DNA of 64,000 bases from Nitrososphaerales archaeon (GTDB lineage Archaea > Thermoproteota > Nitrososphaeria > Nitrososphaerales > UBA213), in assembly GCA_965197925.1 (NCBI GenBank), contig CBDAOC010000017.1:64001-128000 (forward strand), given 5' to 3'. This document shows positions 53,905-64,000 of this stretch, piece after piece (position 1 is the stretch's first letter; every line of letters starts with the position of its first letter). The notes under the pieces were generated by a model. The model did not search any database. It had not been told where the DNA came from and saw only the letters and a list, made by a program, of their open reading frames with translations. The translations under genes and the position numbers were made by a program.

Positions 53905-54087
53905 CTATTCATCTTCATCTAGGGATTTTAAGTATTCGTCGACATTTTTGAACAGTCGTGCTTTACCACTAGCAATATTTTCTCTGCTTTCCCTAATTTG
54001 CTCTTTTTCTTCTTCTGTTAGGTCTTGCTCCGTAGTTGTAAAAACTCCCTCATCACTAAATGTTATGGTATGTGGATCTTCGGTCAT
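53905..54087 (-). CDS. putative antitoxin for the RelE-like toxin
   Basis: 60-aa acidic protein; LTEEEKEQIRESRENIASGKARLFKNVDEYL antitoxin-like tail. Confidence 0.8.
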   Translation of the reverse strand: MTEDPHTITFSDEGVFTTTEQDLTEEEKEQIRESRENIASGKARLFKNVDEYLKSLDEDE

Positions 54088-54179
54088 TTTCTATCTGCCC
54101 ATGATCATTAGACATACATTTAGTATATATATACCAAGTGTACACTAATATTATTAAATATATGATTAATATGATTAAG

Positions 54180-54326
54180 ATGGCGAAGACAAGACCAATT
54201 GGGGGTAATGATAAGGGTGAACGTAGTGAATCTAAAACTAATATACCGACAGAAACAATCAAGGCAATAGTAGAAAGCGCTATACAACAGAACCCTATAG
54301 TCTTCAAAAGACTGGCAGAGATTTAA
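54180..54326 (+). CDS. putative antitoxin for the Doc-like toxin
   Basis: 48-aa protein ending IQQNPIVFKRLAEI; TAATG overlap with the doc start. Confidence 0.7.
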   Translation: MAKTRPIGGNDKGERSESKTNIPTETIKAIVESAIQQNPIVFKRLAEI

Positions 54327-54801
54327 TGGTTGATATTACAAAAGACGATTTAATTAAGATACATGAAATTATTCAGGAAACTTTCAATATTACACCGGGA
54401 ATAAAAGATGATGGGCTGCTAGAATCTATTGGCAGAAAGACCTAGCCAAAATCCATACAATCATACTCCATTCCCAGATATTTATTCTAAATGTGCTAGT
54501 TTAATGGAAGCCATTATAAAATGGCATCCGTTCATAGACGGGAATAAGAGAAGTGGATTACATACTGCTCATCTGTACATGTACGTTAATGGTTATACAT
54601 TAGTGATACCGGTAAGTGCGGTTAGATTCTCGGTATTGGTTGCCCAAGATAAAAAAGACCTTCATGAAATTACAAAGTGGATTCGCAAATTATCGGCCGG
54701 GGGGTCAAAGCAATTCCATTACAAAATGTTTCGATATTTTCTTTTACCACTAATTGGACTATCGATATTATCTATATTTAGTCCGAAAAAGGCAAGAAAA
54801 A
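54326..54801 (+). pseudogene. doc: Doc/Fic-family toxin, frameshifted near 54430 and truncated by the IS
   Basis: MVDITKDDLIKIHE...GIKDDGLLESI / AERP...HPFIDGNKRSG. Confidence 0.85.
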
Positions 54802-55861
54802 CTCTAGCTAAATTTGTGATAAAAGCTAAGAAAAAGAGCATGCCGACCATATGGCATATACCAGACGATCTATGGGAAGAGTTCGAACTAGTGCTGCCGC
54901 CAAGGAAACCAGCAAGAACAGTTGGAAGGCCAGCTGTGCCATTTAGAAAAGTGTTGAATGGAATACTGTACGTATTAAGAACTGGATGCCAGTGGAAGAA
55001 GGTATCGAAAGAATTTGGTTCTGGTTCAACTTGCCATGCAAGATTTCAGGAATGGATTGGGATAGGAGTATTCAAGAAGGTATGGAAGAGGCTGCTGGAA
55101 ATATATGATGAATTGAAGAGCATGGGATGGGACTGGCAATCCATGGATAGCGTACCGAAGGCCCCATTAGGGGGAAAACGACCGGAGCAAACCCAACGGA
55201 TAGAGGCAAGCTAGGTACCAAACGTCACATGCTGGTTGATAGAAGAGGAGTACCTCTCTCATCTGTAATTACTGGAGCAAATAAACACGATATGAAATCA
55301 GCCTTTCCTACAATAGATAGCATTGTTGTTGATAGGCCCAAAGTTAAACAGAACATATGCATGAATAGGATATGATTTTCCAGAGATAGAGTATGGAGTT
55401 AGGAAGGGGATATGTGGATCACATTCGTCATAAGGGTGAAGTGTTGAAAAAGAATTTATACAAAGCAAAGAGATGGGTTGTAGAAAGAACCGCATCTTGG
55501 CATAACAGGTTCAGAAAGTTATTGGTAAGGTTCGAGAAGAGAGAGGAAAATTATCAGGCGCTAGTAGAATTTGCTAACTGCCTAATAGTGTATAGAGCGA
55601 TATATTGGTAGTGTCATAAACACGTTAATGCAACTGTTTCTAGTATCTACTATCTACAATACTAATAAAATCAATAGTAAGAAAACTAAACCTGACAGTA
55701 TGAACTAATATTCTTGCATTCTAAATGTTATCATTTCTACCAATCATTAACTATCAGCTAGAATTTTAGGATAGGCTCTTAGTTATAACGCATATGTTCT
55801 CGATGATTATAAAACTATATAGCTAAACGGGATGAATAAGAGGTAACAACTTATTGATTAG

Positions 55862-56356
55862 CTACAACTCGAATGCCATTAGATATGCAGCTTCACCATC
55901 CCTATAATAGCCTCTAATCTTAGTCTTTATTATGAGACCCAATTTTTCGTATAACTTTATTGCCTGCTCATTGCTTACCCTAACCTCTAAGTAAATCTCA
56001 TCAGCTTTTCTGCCAATCATACCAGTTGTAGCCTCTTTCATCAATGCCTTTCCTAATCCACTACCTCTGTGTTTTTCTAAAACAGCTACAGAAACCACAT
56101 GTCCCTTCTTCACAAATCCTAATTTGCGGAAGTTAGAAAAACCAAATTCAATCTTACACATTATGTAGCCTATAGTCCTCCCTTCCAATTCAGCAACAAT
56201 GAAAGCTTCTGGCAATTCTTTAAGAATTGATTCAAAAAAGTAATCTGAATAATGTTCAGGTAAAGTTAACAGATTGATCTCAATAATAGATGGAAGATCT
56301 TCCCGTTCACACCTTCTTATAACGTAAGTACCAATACGTCTAAGAGCTGTTTGCAA
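55862..56356 (-). CDS. rimI: N-terminal acetyltransferase (Ard1/RimI family)
   Basis: LPEHYS, GHVVSVAV, RGSGLG, LEVRVSN, YYRDGEAAY. Confidence 0.92.
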   Translation of the reverse strand: MQTALRRIGTYVIRRCEREDLPSIIEINLLTLPEHYSDYFFESILKELPEAFIVAELEGRTIGYIMCKIEFGFSNFRKLGFVKKGHVVSVAVLEKHRGSGLGKALMKEATTGMIGRKADEIYLEVRVSNEQAIKLYEKLGLIIKTKIRGYYRDGEAAYLMAFEL

Positions 56357-56440
56357 TGCCTACTCTATTACTGATTCTATATTTAACCTTGATCCAGTTT
56401 TATATGGTAAGACATTAATGTGTAGTTCACTTCATCGAAA

Positions 56441-57553
56441 TTGTTGGTATCTATACAAAATGGACAACCAATTGACCAAAATGCTGCGATCTCTTTAGTA
56501 TCAAAACATATGGATATTATCAACTATTATGTTAGAGAGGACAATAGTCTCGAATTCTCAATTAAGCAATCCTATAACATCAAGGAAGAGTTCCAGAGTC
56601 TCCTCAATAGTCTCAGGTCATATGGTATGATTGCTACTTTGAGAAAAAATAATGATAGTTTAACAGTGTTAGTGGGTATTGCATCTGTTCACAAAAGCAG
56701 GCTAAAAAGCTGGATGCCTATGGTGCTCTTCGCAGCAACTGTAGGTATTGTACTTTACGATGGTTTTCTGCGCTCTCAAACGATGAGTGGACAGGCTTAC
56801 ATCAAGGACCCATGGGAAATGGCTATAATCTACACAATGTCTCTAATAGGCATCCTTGGTGTTCATGAATTAGGGCATTTAGTTGCAGTGAAGAAGTACA
56901 GACTAAAAGCAACTTGGCCATTCTTCATACCTGGGATACCTGGGTTTTCAATAAGTCCACCAACATTTGGTGCAGTAATATTCTCTAGAGGACATATGCC
57001 AAACCGGGATGTCTTGTTCGATATAGGCTTTGCAGGACCCATAGCTGGTCTGATAGTAACCATGGTTGTTTCTGTTTTTGGTGCAATTCTGTCGCCATTA
57101 ATACCTGTAGAAGAGGCCACTGTTTTAATGAGCGATTCGCAGTTGATCAATATAAATCCGAGTTTACTCATGTTTGGGAGTTACCTGGTGGCTGGCAAGA
57201 TGGTGGAGGGTTTTATTCCTTTAATGTCACCTATAGCATTTGCAGCATGGATAGGTTTCCTCATTACGTTTCTTAATTTATTACCTGCGTGGCAACTGGA
57301 TGGAGGTCATATTGCAAGAGCTGCAATAGGTCAAAAATGGCATAAAAGGACGACCTTTATGAGTATTATTGCGTTAGCGGGTATTGGCTACGTTGTGATG
57401 GCCCTGCTAATATTGGTAATGAATGCTAGAGCTCCAGATGCGAAACCCTTAGATGATGTGTCACCACTATCTAAGAATAGAAAGATTATGTTTGTCATTT
57501 CGATCTTATTGGCATTCCTCTGTGCACCATTACCATTTTTTCTCAATCTCTAA
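56441..57553 (+). CDS. site-2 (M50) intramembrane metalloprotease
   Basis: HELGH, AGPIAG, NLLPAWQLDGGH. Confidence 0.93.
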   Translation: MLVSIQNGQPIDQNAAISLVSKHMDIINYYVREDNSLEFSIKQSYNIKEEFQSLLNSLRSYGMIATLRKNNDSLTVLVGIASVHKSRLKSWMPMVLFAATVGIVLYDGFLRSQTMSGQAYIKDPWEMAIIYTMSLIGILGVHELGHLVAVKKYRLKATWPFFIPGIPGFSISPPTFGAVIFSRGHMPNRDVLFDIGFAGPIAGLIVTMVVSVFGAILSPLIPVEEATVLMSDSQLININPSLLMFGSYLVAGKMVEGFIPLMSPIAFAAWIGFLITFLNLLPAWQLDGGHIARAAIGQKWHKRTTFMSIIALAGIGYVVMALLILVMNARAPDAKPLDDVSPLSKNRKIMFVISILLAFLCAPLPFFLNL

Positions 57554-57870
57554 TCAGCCAGCTCAGACTTGTTCAACTTTTAATTCAAACCTTGTTAATG
57601 ATTAAGTTTACCCTAAGATATTAATCTTGATGTAATTTAGCAATATACATATCTACAATTAGTTTTCTGGGATCGTAAATGTCGTCAATGAATACTGCAT
57701 GATTCATACACAGTGTAAGAAAAATCTATAAAATTAATCTCCCGGATTGAAGCTTACGTGAGCAATTAAGGATCCAATTAATCTTATGGGTAATTACTAC
57801 CATCAGAAAATATATCATGAATTCGATTGGATAATCATACACACCAGAATATTCATAAAATTTCAACCAA

Positions 57871-58971
57871 TTAATCAGGCATCTTTGGTTTCAACAAAAC
57901 TTTACTTGCATCTGAAACCACCAACACCTTTTGTTTAGGTCCATACACATTTAACAGGCTTTGAAGCACATCTTTTGTCCTCCGAAATGTTTTGAACCCT
58001 AGCCTGTTTTTCGTATAATAATCTGGCAATGCTGAGACCAAGGAAAGATTATACCTTTTGCTGACCTCCTTTAGATAAAGCAAGTTTTCAAGACCGTCAA
58101 TATATTCTGTAGGTCTGTACGCATCATCCATAGTAATTTTACCTTCAACAAGCATTTGTAGTGCCGTAGAACCAAAACCATCTCTGCATTCAGCTAGTAA
58201 TGTCAGTGTACCATTCTCTTTGGTAGCATCCAAGCAATTCCAGAGAGAGTTCAAAGCATATGAAAGTGTAGAGTATCCATCGCCAGCGCTTATAACGGAC
58301 GCCTTGCATTTTTCAACTTCAATCCTGTTGAAAGATTCAAGAATTGTTATTGCCTCCTTATTACAATCTACGGGGTTATTCACAATGATATCCACAAAAC
58401 CGTGACTACCTACTACAGATTCTATAGAAACAATGTCTAGTTTTTCAGCAAATTCGTGGGCTATTGACAATACATTGTTATTCGCTCCTGGTCTAGGAAG
58501 ATCACTGTCTCTTGCCTTGTATGCATCCAGCATCTCTTTTATTCCAAAATATTTTAGCAAGTAGATTGGTGCGCCAGAATAGCCGAAAAGGGGATCAAAA
58601 GAAGTTTTTGATACCAATGTGGCAGTATTCAGAGTAACAAGATCATTTGATAGTTCGGATACACTAACGCTAGTATCTTGGAAAATGTTTCTATACATGT
58701 TTAAAGCGCTTTGAGGCACGCCTATTGAGATGCGGCCAATACTACGTTTCTTTGCATTTTCGACAAGTAGTAATGAAAGCTTTGCAGTATGGAGCGAAGT
58801 ATCCAGAACTACAAAATATGCCTCATCCTTCAGAGTTAGAGTATCGAGCTTGGCATTGATTTCTTCCTCACTCATTCGTTGCTCATCTTGAATAACGTAA
58901 TCAAGGAGATTTTCCGCCTTGATATCAAGTACCACTTCCGTGGTACCGTATTTGAGCCAAAACTCTGGCAT
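57871..58971 (-). CDS. LarA (lactate racemase)-like / DUF2088 family protein, divergent
   Basis: FWLKYGTTEV start, FGYSGAP, LLAECRDGFGS. Confidence 0.65.
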   Translation of the reverse strand: MPEFWLKYGTTEVVLDIKAENLLDYVIQDEQRMSEEEINAKLDTLTLKDEAYFVVLDTSLHTAKLSLLLVENAKKRSIGRISIGVPQSALNMYRNIFQDTSVSVSELSNDLVTLNTATLVSKTSFDPLFGYSGAPIYLLKYFGIKEMLDAYKARDSDLPRPGANNNVLSIAHEFAEKLDIVSIESVVGSHGFVDIIVNNPVDCNKEAITILESFNRIEVEKCKASVISAGDGYSTLSYALNSLWNCLDATKENGTLTLLAECRDGFGSTALQMLVEGKITMDDAYRPTEYIDGLENLLYLKEVSKRYNLSLVSALPDYYTKNRLGFKTFRRTKDVLQSLLNVYGPKQKVLVVSDASKVLLKPKMPD

Positions 58972-59280
58972 AAGTATCCATCATTTAATTTCAATAAAAA
59001 TATGTTGATTTATCTAAGATTTACCCTTTTGTTCTTAGACAAATATTTGAATTTGATTAACTTTTTTATGTGATGTGTTAAGATTTACTTCTCTCCTCAC
59101 TCTACCAGAAGGTTTAGATAAAGTTGAGAGAAACAAAATGAAGTTACACTTACCTTTTGTATAACCAAAGTTCATTTTTCAAATATTCCATAAGTTTTGA
59201 ACTGTTATATTACATGCAATTTTGATATATAATGACAGTTGAGAGATGTTTAAATACTGATTAATCTCAACGAGATCTTA

Positions 59281-60123
59281 ATGAAGAATCAATCTATGAT
59301 CTTAACTTTGGGCCTATTACTGATTCCGTTAGTAGCTGTGTTGAACTCCGACAATGCTTATGCAGAGTCAGTTACCGTAGATCAATGTCCTGGCGCATCT
59401 AGTGCAGACAATGATTGTGCATTTGTTCCAACAGAGGTAACAATTGATGTAGGGGACACCGTAGTTTGGACAAATTCCGATGCTGCTACACATACAGTAA
59501 CAAGTGGTGACATCGACGATCCGAGTGTCTGGGGTGAGTTATTTGATTCTGGACTAGCTAAACCAGGTACACCATTCGAATACACATTTGATGAAGCCGG
59601 TGAATATCCATACTTGTGTCAATTACATCCATGGATGATTGGTAATGTGATCGTTAAATCAAGCGAGTCAGTTAGTACAGATGGGGTAGGGTCTAATGGA
59701 GTTATTACGGTGACCGAAGGAGAGACGAATATCGATGTTCCGGCCTCATTGTCTAATGGTAGTGTTAGGGAAATTGATGTAGATTCTGACTTTACGAGCA
59801 TCATAATAATGGTACAGACAGATGAAGCTGAGGATGGAGAATTAATGATAACTCTCCCCAGAGATCTTATCGACTCTAAACTTAATGGCGACGACGACGA
59901 ATTTATCATAATTGTAGATGGTGAGGAGTCAGATTATCAGGAACTTAATACAAATGATAATGAAAGGGAATTGACCATAGCAGTATTTGCCGGTGCAGAA
60001 GAAGTTGAAATAATTGGCACTCAAGTGGTACCGGAATTTCCAATCGCAGTTATGGCTGTAATGGGTCTAATAGTAGCTACAACTGTAGCAATGGGCAGGT
60101 TCAACAAGCCGCAATGGAGGTAG
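59281..60123 (+). CDS. plastocyanin-like blue copper protein with PEF-CTERM sorting domain
   Basis: Signal peptide; HTVTSG and YLCQLHPWM type-1 Cu ligands; VVPEFP + TM + basic tail. Confidence 0.92.
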   Translation: MKNQSMILTLGLLLIPLVAVLNSDNAYAESVTVDQCPGASSADNDCAFVPTEVTIDVGDTVVWTNSDAATHTVTSGDIDDPSVWGELFDSGLAKPGTPFEYTFDEAGEYPYLCQLHPWMIGNVIVKSSESVSTDGVGSNGVITVTEGETNIDVPASLSNGSVREIDVDSDFTSIIIMVQTDEAEDGELMITLPRDLIDSKLNGDDDEFIIIVDGEESDYQELNTNDNERELTIAVFAGAEEVEIIGTQVVPEFPIAVMAVMGLIVATTVAMGRFNKPQWR

Positions 60124-60505
60124 GCGGACTTTTTTTATTTTTTAAATGAAAATGGTAAATCTTGCTCTATAACTTCTATCTTAGTGTCAGAAAATCAAGA
60201 GCCATAAACCCGATGGATTATTCACTATTGAAACATTTTAGTCTCATATTGATTTTACTTAATTAGTTCAAATTAGTTTACTATTTTATCTAGCGGGTTA
60301 TTTTTAGCAATACTTAGATCAGTAAGTCATATACATCATTATCTGTAAGTTCTTACCTTTAGAGTGAAAATCTCCAAACCTATGGATGTCCATGATCATT
60401 ATCGATTCAAGATTTGTCCATTACAACTGATAAGACTATGCCCAGTCCAATTTAATATGTTCAGGGTCTGTGAACATTTATTATTATGAGTAGTATCTCT
60501 ACGTT

Positions 60506-61117
60506 ATGGATTTCGTCAAACAGATCGCATCATTCCTCGTAAAGACCAATTCACTCAAGTTTGGCATATTTAGCTTGTCAAGCGGGAAGGAAAGCCCTTA
60601 TTATATTGATCTTAGAATTTTGCCTAGTTTTCCACTGTATTTTAAGGCTACAATTGAAGCCTATGAAGATGCTATACAGAGGAATATAGGCTTGGATAGG
60701 TTCGATTATATTTGTTCTGTACCCACTACAGGATTGGTGTATGCATCATCCATTTCATACAAAATTGGCAAACCACTTGTGTATGTGAGGAAAGAAGGAA
60801 AGAAGTATGGGATGAACAATTTGTTAGAAGGTTACCTAAGTCCAGGAGCTAAAGTTGTAATATTAGACGACGTCATCACTTCTGGTAATTCTATTCTGGA
60901 CGCTGTAGAGGCGGTAAGAAATAATGGTGGTGTTGTGAGCACCGCGATTGTTCTAATAGACAGACTTGAAGGTGCAGAGGCAACTTTAAGCCAGCACGAT
61001 GTGAAATTGATTTCTGTATCAAAGATAAGCGAAATTGTCAATGTGCTACTTGATTCAGGTATGCTAGATGATGAATGTTTGAAAACAATTAAGGAATATG
61101 TCAAGGAAAGGGCTTAA
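60506..61117 (+). CDS. pyrE: orotate phosphoribosyltransferase
   Basis: LSSGKESPYYIDLR, YVRKEGKKYG, ILDDVITSGNS. Confidence 0.95.
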   Translation: MDFVKQIASFLVKTNSLKFGIFSLSSGKESPYYIDLRILPSFPLYFKATIEAYEDAIQRNIGLDRFDYICSVPTTGLVYASSISYKIGKPLVYVRKEGKKYGMNNLLEGYLSPGAKVVILDDVITSGNSILDAVEAVRNNGGVVSTAIVLIDRLEGAEATLSQHDVKLISVSKISEIVNVLLDSGMLDDECLKTIKEYVKERA

Positions 61118-61677
61118 CTCTCGTAAATCATTAATCCTTTTTCTTCTAGCAAGGTATGCAGTGCGTGTACTGCCCTATAAACCTCGCTCTCCTTCTTGGC
61201 ACCAGTGCATACGAGTTTACCACTAGCAAATAGGAGAATTACGGTTTTGGGATCTAGCATTCTATGTATAAGACCTGGGAATTGTTCTGGTTCGTACATG
61301 CTTCTAGGCAATATTCTTGCAGCAAGTTCTAAGTGTATCTTACCTCCCAAACTGGCAGAGGCAACTATATTTTGTATCTCTATTGAAGGTTCATTTTCTA
61401 TGGGAATCCCACCCTTCTTCAATTTCTGAACAACGCTCTTTACAGCCTTAATCGATTGTTCTTCTGATTTGGCACCTGTACAAACCATCTTGCCAGAACT
61501 AAAGATCAAAGTAGCTGTTTTGGGAGATTTGAGCCTGAACACCAAACCAGGGAACTGATCGGGATGGTATTCTACATCTGGAAAGATTTGTGTTATTTGG
61601 TTAAGATCTACTTTTTGGTTCACAGTAGCAGAAGCAACAACATTTTCTATGCTAACAATCGGCTTGGTTTGCGGCAT
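61114..61677 (-). CDS. tbp: TATA-box-binding protein
   Basis: Two repeats of IENVVAS...QFPGL...LIFSSGKMVCTGAKS. Confidence 0.98.
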   Translation of the reverse strand: MPQTKPIVSIENVVASATVNQKVDLNQITQIFPDVEYHPDQFPGLVFRLKSPKTATLIFSSGKMVCTGAKSEEQSIKAVKSVVQKLKKGGIPIENEPSIEIQNIVASASLGGKIHLELAARILPRSMYEPEQFPGLIHRMLDPKTVILLFASGKLVCTGAKKESEVYRAVHALHTLLEEKGLMIYES

Positions 61678-62039
61678 CTCTGCTTTCTTCCTTCCTTATA
61701 AGGGGGGTATATATATACCTAGACAACTACCAACTCTTGATATCATGATAGGCTATACAAAGGTATGTAGAGAGCAATTTCCTATAAGTTTCTTACGGGA
61801 AAGACAGTATACATTGAATTTGGAAACATGATAAGTGAATGACCCATTTCCTGCTTTAAAATTACAGTTTACCAAAGGACAGACAATTGGACTCCCTACG
61901 ATTTCGTTATCCGAGTGTAAAAATAAATGAATCGATGCTTGGTCTTTAGTAATTTGTAATCCTCCGTTTTATACATGAAAATTGTAAATTGAGCAAATAT
62001 CAGTTGCATTTTATATAAGTATGACATTCCAAAATAGTA

Positions 62040-62600
62040 ATGATGCTTAGCCTAATTATCTCTGGTTTGCCAGCTGTGGGTAAAACTACTGTAGCAAAAG
62101 CGCTCTCAGATAAATTCAACCTAAAACAGTTTTCTGGAGGAGATATTCTTAAAGAAATAGCTGCTACCAAGGGTTATGATTCAGTTGGTAATGGCTGGTG
62201 GGATACCGAACAAGGTATAAAATTCCTCGCTGTTCGCAAGTCAAATCCAGATTTTGACAAACAGGTTGACAACAGGCTAGTAGAATTGGCTGATCAAGGT
62301 GGTGTTGTCATAACAAGCTATACGCTGCCCTGGCTTGCAAATAAGTCCATAAAGTTCTGGCTCAAAGGCTCAAGGGAAAGCAGGGCAAAAAGAATGGCAG
62401 GACGAGATAATACCAAGTATGAAGAAACATTGAAGATTGTTACATTGAGGGATGAGGAGAACAAAAAACTTTACAGTGATCTCTACAAGATAAAATTTGG
62501 TGAGGACCTTTCGGTATTTGATTATGTGATCAATACAGATAGGTTAAGTCTACATGGAGTAATTGATATCACATTTAATATAGTAAATCATATGGTGTAG
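62040..62600 (+). CDS. cmk: archaeal cytidylate kinase
   Basis: ISGLPAVGKTT P-loop, FDKQVD; typical position before cbf5. Confidence 0.88.
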   Translation: MMLSLIISGLPAVGKTTVAKALSDKFNLKQFSGGDILKEIAATKGYDSVGNGWWDTEQGIKFLAVRKSNPDFDKQVDNRLVELADQGGVVITSYTLPWLANKSIKFWLKGSRESRAKRMAGRDNTKYEETLKIVTLRDEENKKLYSDLYKIKFGEDLSVFDYVINTDRLSLHGVIDITFNIVNHMV

Positions 62601-62638
62601 AAAAGTAAAATATAGAAGTCTTGATATATAATTAAGAT

Positions 62639-63637
62639 ATGATAGATCTTCCGCAATTCAAACAGTTAATGAAAGTAGATGACGATGTTACAGATGAAAA
62701 ATATGGCTATTACCCAGACAAACGCCCCATGGAGGTACTTCTTGACTATGGACTAATATCTCTGGATAAACCTCCTGGTCCTACGAGTCATGAAGTAGTA
62801 GCATGGACAAGGCGGATTCTTGAAATAAAGAAGGCAGGTCATAGTGGGACGCTGGACCCGCCGGTAACCGGCTTACTGCCAGTAGGTTTAGGCGAAGGAA
62901 CTAAAGCACTGGGAGTCTTATTATTTGGACCTAAGGAATATTACGCCTTGGCTAGACTACATGGAACTGTCGAGGGTGATAAACTGCGATCTGTTGTTAA
63001 AGAGTTTACTGGCGAGATCTATCAGCGACCACCTCAGCGCTCTGCTGTAAAACGTGAAGTCAGAATAAGAAATGTGTATGATTTAGATGTTATGGAAGAA
63101 AGTGGTAGGTTGGTACTTTTACACATTTTATGCCAAGCAGGAACTTATATCCGAAAAATAATTTATGATGTAGGAGAGATTTTAGGATTTGGTGCTACTA
63201 TGGCAGAACTGCGGCGAACAAGAGTAAGTAACCTTAACGAAACCAATGGTTTCGTTAAACTGCATGATATTGTAGACGCCTATAATATATGGAAAGAAAA
63301 AAGAAAGGATGACAAATTGAGGAGTATAGTAAAACCCATCGAAACGTCCCTCCAGACCATAAAGGCCGTTATAGTAAGGGATACAGCTGCAGATGCACTA
63401 TGCCACGGGGCGCAACTTGCGGTTCCAGGCATCTTAAAAATACCTCGAGATTTAAAGAGAAATGACTTTGTAGGATTATACACATTGAAGGGAGAGGTTA
63501 TTGGGCTGGCTGAAGCTGCCATGTCAGCACAGGAAATAGTTGATGCAGACAAGGGTTTTGGCTTCAATGTAAGGCGAATAATAATGAAGCCCGGTACGTA
63601 TCCAAAAGCATGGAGATCAAGGCAAATTAGTACTTAG
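62639..63637 (+). CDS. cbf5: H/ACA RNA-guided pseudouridine synthase Cbf5
   Basis: LDKPPGPTSHEV, GHSGTLDP, CQAGTYIR, PUA domain. Confidence 0.96.
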   Translation: MIDLPQFKQLMKVDDDVTDEKYGYYPDKRPMEVLLDYGLISLDKPPGPTSHEVVAWTRRILEIKKAGHSGTLDPPVTGLLPVGLGEGTKALGVLLFGPKEYYALARLHGTVEGDKLRSVVKEFTGEIYQRPPQRSAVKREVRIRNVYDLDVMEESGRLVLLHILCQAGTYIRKIIYDVGEILGFGATMAELRRTRVSNLNETNGFVKLHDIVDAYNIWKEKRKDDKLRSIVKPIETSLQTIKAVIVRDTAADALCHGAQLAVPGILKIPRDLKRNDFVGLYTLKGEVIGLAEAAMSAQEIVDADKGFGFNVRRIIMKPGTYPKAWRSRQIST

Positions 63638-63701
63638 ACATAGATTTTACTTCAATCATCAACGGTCAATGATTATATATGGTATCAGTATTTATTGAGC
63701 T

Positions 63702-64000
63702 ATGAGCGCTGACATGCAACAAGTTAGACGAAAGATCTTCGATGAACTAACCAAAATAGTTGATCCTGAAATCAATGTGTCTATCATGGAATTACAATTA
63801 ATAGATAATGTAGATATTGATGGAGGGAACGTGAAAGTAGATTTGCATCTTACAAGTCCATTTTGCCCGGCCGTTTTTGGATTCAAGATAGCCCAAGATG
63901 TAAAGGACAACTTGGAGACTATTGAAGAAATAAATAAGACGCTTGTGAATGTGAGCAATCATTTTATGGCAGAAGCAATAAACAACCAAGTTAACGGAGG
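63702..64000 (+). CDS. DUF59/MIP18 Fe-S cluster assembly protein, runs off window
   Basis: MSADMQQVRRKIFDELTKIVDPEINVSIMELQLI...LHLTSPFCP. Confidence 0.9.
   Translation, partial: MSADMQQVRRKIFDELTKIVDPEINVSIMELQLIDNVDIDGGNVKVDLHLTSPFCPAVFGFKIAQDVKDNLETIEEINKTLVNVSNHFMAEAINNQVNG

Larger units (their letters stand above)
53420..55778 (+). mobile_element. IS5-family element (type B), copy 3, split by a 1.3-kb toxin-antitoxin insert
   Basis: IS left 57 bp at 53420-53476, remainder at 54802-55778, TTA on both outer sides. Confidence 0.88.

Noticed and set aside
54056..54307. Hydrophobic minus-strand ORF as a membrane protein
   Set aside because: It overlaps the antitoxin gene and the AT-rich divergent promoter region; the hydrophobicity is explained by base composition.
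55612..55778. Passenger peptide in the 3' tail of type B IS
   Set aside because: The antisense hydrophobic frame is interrupted by stops, so it cannot be supported.

Overview
AT-rich archaeal DNA, almost certainly from an ammonia-oxidiser-type Nitrososphaerota (Thaumarchaeota). The evidence is the adjacent 4-hydroxybutyryl-CoA synthetase and dehydratase of the HP/HB carbon-fixation cycle, plus TBP, Alba, Cbf5, Dpo4, a PEF-CTERM cupredoxin and tRNA-Ala(CGC). Core genes (about 1-9.7, 18.3-24.2 and 55.8-64 kb) are intact. The accessory regions are dense in IS5-family elements (at least five types, one nested) and pseudogenes. Highlights: (1) a eukaryote-like tubulin gene in a two-gene operon with an unknown coiled-coil partner (27.2-29.1 kb); (2) a decaying mobile/defence island (about 38.5-55.8 kb). 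The island carries a divergent RHH switch, DUF5131/TcmP/SPL-like genes, a YwgA-like plus HD dNTPase-like pair, a DUF3800 gene with a convergent structured ncRNA candidate that has its own TATA box, a restriction-enzyme relic, a SLATT-type protein, three copies of a palindromic site, and an IS whose two halves enclose two toxin-antitoxin modules; (3) a constant-leader/variable-body exported protein family with a conserved upstream region. All family assignments come from motif recognition by eye; no searches were run.
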